Below, in pieces: positions 51,807 to 64,000 of a stretch of 64,000 nucleotides of DNA. The DNA is from Octopus sinensis (taxonomy: Eukaryota). The notes under the pieces are model-generated. The model did no database searches and was not told the origin of the DNA. It saw nothing but the letters and a program-made list of their open reading frames with translations. The position numbers and the translations under genes were made by a program. The first letter of the stretch is position 1; each line of letters begins with the position of its first letter. Location: NCBI RefSeq assembly GCF_006345805.1, contig NC_043009.1, positions 35,836,001 to 35,900,000 of the forward strand, written 5' to 3'.

Positions 51807-51965
51807 ATATATAAGACGGCCTTCTTCCAGTTTCCTTCTAGCAAATCCACTCACAAGGCTTTGGTCCGCCCGAGCTTATAGCAGAAAACACTTGCCAGGG
51901 TACCACGCAGTGGGACTGAACCTGGAATCATACGGTTGGACAGCAAGCTTCTTACCACACACCAC
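51594..51965 (-). mobile_element. OR-like SINE (head 51814-51965, central microsatellite, tail 51594-51735)
   Basis: aaatccactcacaaggctttggtc...ccacgcagtgggactgaacc. Tail catgtttcagtcatttg. Confidence 0.8.
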
Positions 51966-52731
51966 CCACCCACGACTGCGCTTACATATAAATATATGTG
52001 TGCTTTTGTGTGTGTGAGAGTGCGTGCGTGCATCCATTTATTTATGTATGTACGTATGTACCTATATTATATTGTTTTTATTCACTTTTATTTAGGTCAA
52101 TGTTTACAGGAAGGAGTCTATGACCAATTAGATCGAACCAAATCTATTATTGATAGAAAGTTTTCCAACTCCAATATTTCAACACAGAATATAACAGATG
52201 TCTGAGCTGTTCAATTATCCAGTTTTACCTTAAGGACTTACATCCTACTGTCCAATGAAAACGAACACAACAATTATGTTCTAGAAACAACTCTTTAAAT
52301 AACAAATTTCAGAAGATTTACATTGAAAAGGAGACATTTAAATGATAACTACATTATATATATATTTTTACATCAACTTTTACTCTTTCGCGTGAATGTT
52401 AATCGTTTTTATAGAGAACACACATATACTATCTCGGGATATTCTATGCTATATAAATGCACCAGAGGCCCAAAGAAAAAATAAATTCCTAATATGTAAA
52501 TTCCGTTGGGCTTTTCATACATGAAAATTAATGCATTCTGAATAATCTGAAATGTTCGATTAGTCCATCGTCTCTTAGCTCGTTTATTTATTTATTCTAT
52601 TTATTTAATTTTCTTTTGTAAAATCTAAGAATGACAGATTAATGGAACTAAGAATATCCACAAGCTGCTAATGATACTTGTAATTTGGTAAATCTTTAGA
52701 TATTAAAGGAATAATTTGGTAAAGCATTAAA

Positions 52732-53066
52732 TCTTCTCTATATATAAAAGGCAGGTTGTCTGTCTGTGTGTCTGTGTGTCTGTCAGGTTGTACCCTCACC
52801 ATGACCACGGCTTTCAACCGATTCTGATGAAACTTGACACACACATAGCCCAATGTCATAATTCAAAACTAACACAGCGAAAATTTTGAAAAGTTCCCCC
52901 AGTTCTGAAAAAAAATTATAAATTCCGCCACTTCAAGCAGTCAACGAGACAAAACATGACCAGACAACATAACCTTGGCATACTTCTGCTAATCGCAGCT
53001 GTAGCCGCAAGTCGTTGCTTACTAGGGGTTCTTACATACCCGGGCAACGCTGGGCTATGCTGCTAG
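52732..53066 (+). mobile_element. Short non-autonomous Helitron (335 bp)
   Basis: A|TC...CTAG|T termini, subterminal hairpin cccgggcaacgctggg, no TSD. The first about 190 bp are nearly identical to the start of 56718-57881. Confidence 0.9.
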
Positions 53067-53915
53067 TGTTATATATTTTCCCTGTGGCACACGTTCTAGA
53101 ACCTGGTCGTATATTGAGACAACGATAAAACTAAACATAATTTGTAGCTAAACCTCTTCTTATAATCATGTGACACATATTTAGTGTCTAACGGTAAGTA
53201 TATCAAATACGTTGCCGTTTCTGTAAATGCAGTAGCTTTCAGAATGCACTATAAAATATGCAGTTAGGCATCTACTGACAACATACATTCATGCATACAT
53301 ACGTACATAGATGTATACCTACATACCTACCTGCCTACCTATACATACATACATACATACATACATACATACATACATACATTGATATAATTATAGTTTC
53401 GATTTGAAATTTACAATTTAAAATTTAGTATCGAAACTGTATTTTGGGTACGTCCCTATTAGAGTGCCAGCAGAACACGTCCACCTCTTATGGGTACATG
53501 ATATCATCTATAGCAAATGCACATTCGTCGCTGTATCTATGTTAGGAAACCCTTAGTGCATGTTGAGTATATTCTAGATAATTAATACGGAAAGCAGTGT
53601 ATGCTGGAAACCTTATTTATCAGAACGATCGTTTGGGCATAATTCTGCAACGCTCCCTAGTGGGTGGAGAACCATATGATGAATTCTAATGCACCCCAGA
53701 GTACGGAAATGCCTCGTCAGGTGACATAACAGGATTCCAAGTTACATAAGTGACATTTCGCACATAGACGTAGCTAGATGATGTTGGTATTAGTCATGTC
53801 TCAAATAAATTGATGATGAATGAAGAATATTTGTGGTTCATGCAGACAGGAAGTTGTTAACTAAAAGTACGATGTAACGAATAAATAAATAAATAAATAA
53901 AGGTAGATAAGAGGA

Positions 53916-53964
<49 letters not shown>

Positions 53965-54249
53965 ATATATAATATATATATATATAAACATGTGTGCGTG
54001 TGTGTTTGGATATGTGTGCATATGTGAGTACGTACATAAATATATGTTTGTGTGTGTATGTGCATGTATGTATACATGTTTGTGTGAGTGTACGTATGTT
54101 GTGAATGCAGGACGTTTATGTGAGTATCTAGTTGCGTATATTTTTAATCTTTCTTCTTTTTCTACCTTTAAGAATAACTTCTCTTTTGTTCAACAGCTTT
54201 TCATCCTCTAATTATCTAATATCACGGTCTCATTCTTTTTTGGTACTCT

Positions 54250-54298
<49 letters not shown>

Positions 54299-54345
54299 CA
54301 TATACATACATATATGTGTATATATATGTATACATGTATGTATAT

Positions 54346-54560
54346 GTAAGTCCGTCGCAGGTGAGCTGCAAGATGCAGGAGAAAAGAGTGAGAGAAAGGT
54401 GTGGCGAAAGGGTCACGAGAAGTTCGCCATTGACTTCTGCCGGCGCCGCGTGGAGCTTAGGTGTTTCGCTCATAAACATACACATCCCCCGGCCTGAGAC
54501 TCGAACCCGCGATCCCTCGACCACGAATCCGCTGCTCTAACCACTAGGCCATGTTCCTCC
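54346..54560 (-). mobile_element. tRNA-derived SINE (third family)
   Basis: Reverse complement ggaggaacatggcctagtggttagagcagcggattcgtggtcgagggatcgcgggttcgagtctcaggccggg (A and B boxes), then a unique body and (TACA)n tail. Confidence 0.85.
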
Positions 54561-54563
54561 ATA

Positions 54564-54616
<53 letters not shown>

Positions 54617-55050
54617 CCCAAATGAGCAACAAGGATATCCAGAGGTAATGCAGTACGATCGTTTCATGCAACTCCATTTAATTGAACAAAGCAATCATTA
54701 CATCAATTTAAAATGCAGAGCAATCTTTAGCTGCACAAAGACATAGAATCTAATTTAAATTAGAACAGATGGACACATTAGTATAATTATACCTAAAATC
54801 TCCAAGGAGTTAAGGAGATAGGCAAAGAACATGATGTTCTTACTCCACCATAGACTCTGCCTGTCACTGATTTTTTTTTTTATGAGGTCAGTTTTAATTT
54901 ATAGACTAGTTTATCAAATTTCTTGTATATCGAAGGCCGAGAGAACAGGGTAGTATCAGTCGGGGTAGGGTTGAGGGAGCAGACATACATCATAGTTGGT
55001 ATAGTCATAAAAGTCAAGATTTATTGGAAGCAATATCATGAGGTTTGGTA
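54617..55050 (-). mobile_element. Second copy of the hammerhead-bearing terminus seen at 3396-3860
   Basis: Collinear alignment with 3396-3860. Confidence 0.85.
54649..54735 (-). ncRNA. Type I hammerhead-like motif (G5A lesion, palindromic stem III)
   Basis: UGCAG-CUAAAGA-UUGC...GCAU-GAAAC-GAUC-GU-A-CUGCA. ACGAUCGU is self-complementary. Confidence 0.55.
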
Positions 55051-55137
55051 TATAAAGTATGCAACGATTAAGCAATGTGCAACCAATACTGAAAAGCTAT
55101 AACTGTCATTAGATATGACTTAGGGCATATCTCTCTC

Positions 55138-55149
<12 letters not shown>

Positions 55150-55168
<19 letters not shown>

Positions 55169-55208
55169 CATATATTATATATATATATAATATATATAAT
55201 ATATATAT

Positions 55209-55282
<74 letters not shown>

Positions 55283-55297
55283 CATATATATACTATA

Positions 55298-55358
<61 letters not shown>

Positions 55359-55401
55359 TATATATACATATATATACTATATATATATATATTATATATA
55401 C

Positions 55402-55450
<49 letters not shown>

Positions 55451-55485
55451 CATATATACATATATACATATATACATATATATAC

Positions 55486-55518
<33 letters not shown>

Positions 55519-55670
55519 CATATATATATATATCTATATATATATATATACATATATATATATACATATATATATAGATATATATATATATATAATATAT
55601 ATATATATAATATACATACATACTCGTATATATAGGCATATATACATATATATATATATGTATATATAGG

Positions 55671-55752
<82 letters not shown>
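55150..55752. repeat. About 600-bp (TA)n/(TACA)n microsatellite
   Basis: Direct reading. Confidence 0.95.
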
Positions 55753-55777
55753 AACTTACTGTTAATATATATGCGTA

Positions 55778-55990
55778 TATTCTCTTTTACTCTTTACTTG
55801 TTTCAGTAATGTGACTGTGGCCATGCTGGAGCACCGCCTTTAGTCGAGTAAATCGAGCCCAGGACTTATTCTTTGTAAGCCCAGTACTTTTATCTATCGG
55901 TTAATTTTGCCGAACCGCTAAGTTACGGGGACGTAAACACACCAGTATCGGTTGTCAAGCGATGTTTGGGGACAAACACGGACTCACAAG

Positions 55991-55995
<5 letters not shown>
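55778..55995 (-). mobile_element. OR-like SINE body/tail
   Basis: Reverse complement of the 29992-30210 sequence type. Confidence 0.85.
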
Positions 55996-56260
<265 letters not shown>

Positions 56261-56586
56261 CAAACAGACAGTATATTACGAATTATGTCACAAGCCAAGT
56301 TCTGAAGAGAACAGTGTGATCAATATACGTTTATAAGCTTATAAGCTCTTGTTATGATATATTAGGTAATGGTAATATAGGTAATGCTGATATACTAATA
56401 CGAACTTATAGTTTGTCCAGCTACCAAATATACTGAGGAAACTGTTTAGTTCGTGAATACCCTTACATCTAGAAACAAGCACACGGGATTGGTGTTTGTG
56501 TGTGTACGTGTAACAATGCATATGGTATATTTGTGTGTATGTGTTCGTGTATATGTATATACATATATACATTTATATGTATGTAT

Positions 56587-56666
<80 letters not shown>

Positions 56667-56717
56667 TAATATAAATACATATATATATACACATACATAC
56701 ATATACATATACATATA

Positions 56718-57881
56718 TCTCTCTCTATATAAACGGCAGTTTGTCTGTCTGTGTGTCTGTGTGTCTGTAAGGTTGTACCCTCACCCTGACCACGGCTTTC
56801 AACCGATTCTGATGAAACTTGACACACATATAGCCCAATGTCATAATTCAAAACTAACGCAGCGAAAATTTTGAAAAGTTCCCCCAGTTCTGAAAAAAAA
56901 CCGATAAATTCGACATGGGGTCGAGAATCTAAGCTTTTTATATGCAACACATTTTCTGTTGTAGTTTTCGCAACTTGCAATCGAGTTTCACCAAACTCGT
57001 GGTGAAGCTTAATGTTACTCTAAGAAACTTAATTCTGACGTTAGTTTTCCATGCAATACCTTACCATCAGAAAAAATCGATAAAATCATGCCATTTTGGG
57101 AAATCGCGTTCAAATTCAAGATGACATATTTTCGACAATATCTTTCACAAATTGGCAGGAATTTCTTTTTAAATTCACAGCGAGCATCATGTCTGCTCCA
57201 AGGAGCTATATGTCCCTTTTTATTCCAATAGGATACTTTATTACTGGAAACAATCGGTTAATTAAATCATATGTGGCACACATAGCAAACCGATTTGTGT
57301 ATTAAACACAAACCACAGACTGTCTAGGGGACGCAACTCGACCTTTTTAACTCTCGGAACACGTGGGGTAAGTATCCCAAAATGTATAAAAATGTACAAA
57401 AACGGCAAAAAAGCGGGCAGCAATGTGAGTGACAACAACGAAAAAGTAAAAAGTGACCAAACTGAACAAACGAATGGAAAAAGTTTTTTGGTGCACACGA
57501 CAAAAGCGGTTTATAATAAACCAAGAGTTTGCAAGTAGCGTCCGAGGACCCTTAGGGTACGTCAAAAATTTAAGGTAAAACGTTTAGGGTGGTAGTTATA
57601 AAGAAAGTTTAAACAAAAAAGTATTCGAATAACTTGCGGCTGCAGCAGCTATTAGCAGAAGTGGCGGTGTTGGGTGTAAAGTCTCGAATGTAATTTCTTC
57701 CTGGTAGGAATTGGTTGGGTTGAATTATCGATAGCTGTTTGATAGTTATTTGGGAGTGAAGAGAAGACATTGCAACCTACACATGCGCCTTCGTTCCCTA
57801 GAAGAAAAGGACTAGATTGGGATTAGTCGTTGCCTACTAGGGGTTTTTATATACCCGGGCAACGCCGGGCTATGCTGCTAG
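56718..57881 (+). mobile_element. Long non-autonomous Helitron (1164 bp)
   Basis: A|TC start, (GTCT)-type repeat, 3' hairpin cccgggcaacgccggg and CTAG|T end. Confidence 0.9.
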
Positions 57882-60264
57882 TCTTTACATACATACATAT
57901 ACATATACATATACATATATATATATACACATATATATATACATATAATATAGATTTCAATTTGACGATACATGCCGAAATTCGACGTAAAAAGTGATAT
58001 CAGCATTTGCTAATTCTGTATTTCAATACGAATCGTTTTCATTTAGTAAATCATTATTTCAATTCACTGATTTACTTTCCCCAGCGTTTCAGGTTTTAAA
58101 CATGTAAGGGAATTTACTTCTCAAGTATTCTCTATTCAGTATTTCATGCATAAGCATAGATATACTGACAATTAAACTGCATTTATACAAACTACTACTT
58201 AAATACAAGCTTTAACTTATCAGTATATCCCTCTTATCTTGCGAATACTTTTGGAGTTCGGATTTGCGTTAAGTTACTACATGAACCTTAAGTCTTACAG
58301 ATGGTTCAAGATCTTATATCAGTCGTTTATGACATGGGATATACTTAAGAATGTCAGAAGTTCTTATCCACCATTGGGTGTATGTGTGTTTGTGAATCTA
58401 TTACTTTAACTCCTCCGAGACTATCCAACCGATCTTGAAGAAACTTGAGATGGGGGGGGGGGGTTATGCCCACGCGGTCACTTACGCAGTTGGAATTTCA
58501 AAATATCGTTAATTTTTAATCAGCGTCGATTTTCCAAAAATCAATACGCCATTTCAATGCAAATTCTCATATGAATGTCAATTCCTGTGCCATAACTTTT
58601 AAAGTTTTCAACCGATTTTTCTTACAATTTTATATACAGATGGAATATACGCTAAGGAAGGGTTGAGACAAATTTTTACCTAGGCCAGACAAGCAAAGCG
58701 CAAGATAGTTTTTGATTAACTGCTTAACAAAATTTGGCCTAAATTGTTGTGGAGTTAATCAATTATCTCAATATTCTCATGTTGCTGTAACATACTTTCT
58801 TAAGACCTGCACTTAAAATTATCGATTCTAAACGTTGCAGCGTTGTGTGCTAAGAAATGTAACATGTATTTTCTTAATACCTACACTTAAAATTGTCGGT
58901 TCTAACCCTTGCATTCGATATTTGATTCTCACGATCAGTGGAACTATACCCATAAAACACAGTCGTCAAATTAAATGCCTTTTCGCTAAGTAATTTTTTG
59001 TTTACTTTTCAAACATTTATGTTCTTTTTTTTTCATAACACTCTTTTACAATTCCCTTCTTGACTTTCCCATTGATTATACATTTGCAGCTTTCCAATCA
59101 TCTGACCAAACGATTGTCATTTTCCGATTCTACACATATTTCTTTGTATTATTGTTTAGTGAATGAATTTGCTTACGCCTTCGTCCTATGTCTTGATTTC
59201 ATTTTTCGTCTGAGAGAAATTAGGCATTGTAATGGGTACTGGGAATATCCCCGCTTCCGGGTATTAGCAGTTACCTCAGCTAGTGTATATTTGTGTGTGT
59301 GTATGTGATAGTGTGAGTGTGTTTGTGTGTGTGTGCACACATATATATTGGCCGGTAGACTGATAGCATAAGTATATAGCAGAGAACAATATAAAACAAA
59401 TCTATTCATCTTTTCTTACAAAATGCAAATTATGTCTGCTATCGGAAGCGTTCTTCAGAGTATATATGTGTATGTACTTAGGAATGTACGTGTATATATA
59501 AATGCGGATACATACATACTTTGTAAATGTGTGTGCGTGTGTGTACATATACATATTACGTATGTATGTATATATGTATGCATTAGTGTACAATTAAATT
59601 TTCATTGTTCATTTGTTGCACATAACTTTTACATCGATTAGTAGCTTTAGAGAAATAATGTGCAGTATGAGAATATTACAATGAACTGATTTAGAGTTTA
59701 TAGAGAAATAAATAAAATAATTATATGACAACGGCATAAAATTGTGTAATAACAGAATGATCTGCGGTATATAATCAGATTGAGCAATTTTAGAATATAA
59801 TTTTCATATCTGAATAAATTTTAGAATTAGCATTAAATTCTAGAACATCAAATTTAAGTACTTAAATGTCGAATAAATGTTTTATTTGAATAATGTAAAT
59901 ATAAAAGGGTGCAAAATAGCCTCTATGTGGTAGTCTATGTACTAGAAATACTAGCGAAATCTGTATCAAATCGTACGCTTCTATTTTTTCTAATATATAT
60001 TAGAGGAACGACATAGCCCTGGATGTTCATTATGAAAAGATGACGGTAGACCTGTTCATTCATGGACGTCGAAAGTATAAACAGCGAATAAAGACATTGT
60101 TACGTGTTTGTTAGTGTTGCTTTGGTACCATATAGTCCCAAGCTGTCACATCTCACTACATGTTTCTTTGGACTACTAAACGTTTTAACAAACTAAATCT
60201 TTTTTGACTAAGCATAGGTAGCTAATATTCTTTTCTACTCTAAGTACAACGTCTGAAAATCTCG

Positions 60265-60628
60265 GGTAGGAAGTCAGTCGATTAGATCGGCTCCAGTACG
60301 CAACTGGTACTTAATTTAACGACCCAGAAATGATAAAAGGCAAAGTCGACTTCGGCGGAAGTTGAACTCACAACTTAAAGATAGACGAAATACCTATTTC
60401 TTTACTACCCACAAGGGGTTAAACACAGAGAGGACAAACAAGGATAGACAAACGGATTAAGTCGATTACATCGACACCAGTGCTTAACTGGTACTTATTT
60501 AATCGACCCTGAAAGGATGAAAGGCAAAGTCGATCTCGGCGGAATTTGAACTCGGAACGTAACGGCAGAGGAAATACCGCTAAGCATTCTGCCTGGCGTG
60601 CTAACATTTCTGCCAACTCGCTGCCTTA
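60265..60628 (-). mobile_element. Two fused/nested OK-like SINE copies
   Basis: Complete copy at about 60393-60628 joined at gaaatacc|tatttc to a head-truncated copy at 60265-60392. Confidence 0.85.
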
Positions 60629-61189
60629 ACAAGTAGTGAAATATTAAACAGCTTAAATCGTTGGTGTTGTCGAGGAGCAAGTTACGTGCGAAACAAAGAT
60701 GTCCTACAATACTAAATCTGAAATCACGCTCTACATATCTTAAAAACTTGTATCTCCTCAGAGAATCATAGTCTCCTGTATTAAAGATGAAAGAAGGGAC
60801 ATGTTGGATAACAGGGTCCTAGATACTACATGCGTTTCATCAGCGGAAAATGGTAAATATAATATTCATGACTGAATTTTGATTGCTTTCAGCTTTGTGC
60901 AGAATGTTAATTTTATAATCAATTATACAGTAAGGTTGAGTGAAATGACTGTATTTCTCAATGACTAAAGCCTTTGTGCGTTCGCTAGAAATAGCAGCAA
61001 ATCTTACTCTTTTGTGGAGAAATAGATAGAACTTATTATATAATATAGTCTTTGGTAAACAAACAGATGATATATATTAAGACTGGGACATGTTTAAAGA
61101 GAGTTCACCTGGATCAGGTCTGACTAGGTGCTAAACAGTAATAACAACAATTTATAAGATTGTACTGAATAAAAAAGAAATCCTTATTT

Positions 61190-62309
61190 TATTTCATCAA
61201 ATTTTCCATGTTGGCATTACAAAGAGTAGCTTGCGGGCCGGACAAAAACATTAATGTGATGAATGATGAAAAAAGATGATATTGATGGGAGATGGCAAAA
61301 AACGCCCGCCGATTTTTTGCTTCCCTAAAACATTATTCTCTTCTTTGTTTCACAGAAAAAGACAAAACGCGGTAATGAACCTCTTACTTCAGTTTTACAA
61401 TTATGGACTAATAGTCCATTTAAAATTTGGGGCGTTAAACCTCTTAAACACAATAACATGCAATAAACAATAAGCATTATACAATAAACATTATAACACT
61501 GATGCTTTTCAACCTCTTGTCACTATTCCTCCCCAATATCGCTTTTGCCCATATACTCCGTCATCACCCACGCCTCATTCAAGACCAAGTTGGGATCTGA
61601 ACCGGCGTCGCTCGGCCACAAGCGATATTCCTGATTGAGTCCCTGCAGCCTATACGACCTGGACAACGTTATGACCTCCACAGCTATCTGCGGAGGCCAT
61701 TCGGAATCCTGTGTGAAGGTTAAAGGTACACCCATATGGTGCTTTTCCACCACCTCTTCTACCTCTCCGTCTCTGTAGAAGAAGACCAATATTTCGTCTT
61801 CTTCCGGATTCGAGGTAGTCAATTCTACCATTGGCGGCGCAATTCCCCCCAACGGTGTCTCTTCCCCTGCCGGTGGCACAACCCCTACCGGGAAGGTTCC
61901 GGGACATTCCGGTGCTATATCACCGATTGCCGGCAATGTCCCGTTTCTCTTCCTCTTTTTTCTCTCAACTGAGGGAGGGTGTGTCTCCTCCGTGACCGGG
62001 AGATTCGTCTTCCCTCCCTCATCCTTAGGATCCTTCGGTGAGCACCCATTGTTGCTCACCTTCTTCCTCTTGCGGCCCATCTTTGAGGAGTCCTCCGTCT
62101 CTTCGGCCGCCTTCGTTCCTTCTTCTACAGAGGTCTCAATCGACTGCTCCAGGACTTTGCTTTGTTCCTGAGGGCACTTTTTCTTTATATGGCCAGGCTC
62201 CAAGCACCGATGACACCTGAGGGGGGGGGGGGCGCGAACCTCAAGTATCACCGGATACCTGCACCCGGCCATTTAAAAAAAGATTCATGGCTGATTGGGT
62301 CCACAGGGT
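61190..62309 (-). mobile_element. 1.12-kb retro-insertion flanked by a 17-bp direct repeat, ORF1-like only
   Basis: aaaagaaatccttattt at 61173-61189 and 62310-62326. The minus strand ends tgatgaaata|aaataagg, giving an AATAAA at the junction. Confidence 0.75.
61523..62272 (-). CDS. 249-aa CCHC zinc-knuckle protein, LINE ORF1/gag-like (Tx1/L1-type)
   Basis: CHRCLEPGHIKKKC (C-x2-C-x4-H-x4-C) near the N-terminus, basic GRKRKK and RKKRKR patches, visibly GC-rich, uninterrupted frame, aaATGG start context. No RT follows. Confidence 0.7.
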   Translation of the reverse strand: MAGCRYPVILEVRAPPPLRCHRCLEPGHIKKKCPQEQSKVLEQSIETSVEEGTKAAEETEDSSKMGRKRKKVSNNGCSPKDPKDEGGKTNLPVTEETHPPSVERKKRKRNGTLPAIGDIAPECPGTFPVGVVPPAGEETPLGGIAPPMVELTTSNPEEDEILVFFYRDGEVEEVVEKHHMGVPLTFTQDSEWPPQIAVEVITLSRSYRLQGLNQEYRLWPSDAGSDPNLVLNEAWVMTEYMGKSDIGEE

Positions 62310-63530
62310 AAAAGAAATCCTTATTTATTTAACCCGGTTCTACTTTCGTTCCAATCAGTCGCAAGATCACCGGCTGCATTATTTTCAATAATCGATTAAT
62401 TTTATGCTTTCTTCACAAGCTACCTGAAATTTTGTGAGATATTTCTGCGCAATTTTATGGTTGACAGTTCTCTGTGTAAGTTGAATGTGACTTCTTCATT
62501 TGGGAAAATAGCCGTAATAATTCTAGAATCGAAGACACATCGGGTGGAAAATATTATGTTGGCAAAGCTATAATTAATGTTTATATAATCGATTAAAACT
62601 CGTTCTTCCTATCGACATTAGCTTCATCGTCATTATTGCCGTTGTCGGTCTCATCGGGTGGTTTAGCATTTGCACGCTTGTTTTACTACATAAATGCTTT
62701 CTTACACAGAAACATGATTTGTTACAAATTTTAAGGGGAAAATATATTACAGTAGAACTAAATCGATCTGAAACAAGTGATTGGTAATTATTTTATCAAT
62801 ACTGTGTGTTAGGTGAATGGTAATGTCAAAGCTAATGGGATTTCTATACAGAAGGAAAAGAATTATCTGAAATCATTTTGTAGATCTATAGAATATGATC
62901 TGCTGAGTCAATTATTTCCAGTTTTGGTCTACCTTGTCAATATCTACAGAGCTATTCAATGTTACCTCATTATTTAATCCCTACTGGCTATGAATTATTT
63001 TGCTTACAAGCAGAAAGACCGTCCTCCATGTGCTTTTATGTTTCTCGTTAAATGGTGTTTAAAATTTGAGTAGATTTTCTGATTTGTAAAGTCTAATTTC
63101 TCTATATTTCTTTTATTCGTCTAATTGTATTCGTTCGCTCACAAACGAATTTAGGGCATAACTACAAAAGTGTATCCACCACCGATTTATTTCATTTCAA
63201 CTTACTGAAAAATGGATATTTTTTTAAGGAAATTTTCTACAAATACGTTCCAAATTTTCTACAAATACGTTCAGAATTTCTTGTGAGGATCTATTTTGGA
63301 GTGTTAGAAAGATTCGAACAATTCGCACACCTCGACTTTGTTTCTTCGTAAATTTCCTCATACGTTTCTGATGATGAAGATTACAGTTATGTTGAGAAAA
63401 ATCACTTCTCAAATCCACGTGTTCCCAGCTATTTCTAGCATGTTAGGCGACCACGTACAGGATAGTCTACCTTAGATTTTATTTAAAAGAGAGAGTTTAA
63501 GACCACGAAAAAATAATGAAATGAATATAC

Positions 63531-63651
63531 ATGGTGTGTAGTAAGAAGCTTGTTTCCCAACCACATAGTCCCACTGTGTGACAGGTTGAGCAAGTGTCTT
63601 CTACTATAGCCTCGGGTCGATTTGGCAGACAGAAACTGAAAGACACTTATC

Positions 63652-63731
<80 letters not shown>

Positions 63732-63869
63732 ATATTAATTAGAGACAAAACCACTAATATTAATATTTTAATATTTTACTATAATATTATATAATATTTT
63801 ACTATAAAATTGGATTTAATCCTAAATCTGATTATTTTCCCTGTAAATTTGGATTTATTCCCTAATATT

Positions 63870-63901
<32 letters not shown>

Positions 63902-64000
63902 CTGTGTGTGTATGTGTGTGTGTGTATGTGTGTGTGTGTGTGTGTATTTACATGTGTCTTTGTATTTATGTTTGTCACCCCACCATCGCTTGACAACCGG
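63531..64000 (+). mobile_element. OR-like SINE running off the window end (head 63531-63655, TA/TG tracts, tail from about 63950)
   Basis: gtaagaagcttgtttcccaaccacat...caagtgtcttctactatagcctcggg and ccaccatcgcttgacaaccgg. Confidence 0.75.

Noticed and set aside
54487-54552. Functional tRNA gene
   Set aside because: A and B boxes are present, but the anticodon and T stems are imperfect and the sequence continues into a SINE body and microsatellite tail.
58795-58915. Short local tandem duplications (also 14590-14645, 44110-44145, 63232-63272)
   Set aside because: These are two-copy slippage-type duplications with no further structure.

Overview
Very AT-rich, microsatellite-dense eukaryotic DNA. 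The tRNA-derived SINE families present resemble those described from octopus, so an octopod cephalopod genome is likely (inference, no database search run). I cannot support any host protein-coding gene. Almost all ORFs in the track are microsatellite read-throughs. The window is a mosaic of transposable elements: many SINEs; a decayed mariner; at least four fragments of R4/Dong-type RLE non-LTR elements associated with trinucleotide microsatellites (one young, 46.9-48.8 kb); several Penelope-like element (PLE) RT and GIY-YIG fragments; a Helitron Rep-helicase remnant plus non-autonomous Helitrons; MITE/HINE elements; and a TSD-flanked 1.1-kb retro-insertion encoding a 249-aa CCHC zinc-knuckle ORF with no RT. 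The most notable signal is RNA-level. There are six loci with clear type I hammerhead ribozyme folds (five near-canonical, one with a fully intact core at 30853-30913), a three-copy non-canonical variant and a relic. Several sit in large palindromes (18.3-19.3 kb, 29.4-30.7 kb), and a further large palindrome lies at 28.5-29.2 kb. All alignments and folds were done by eye, so coordinates at decayed element edges are approximate.
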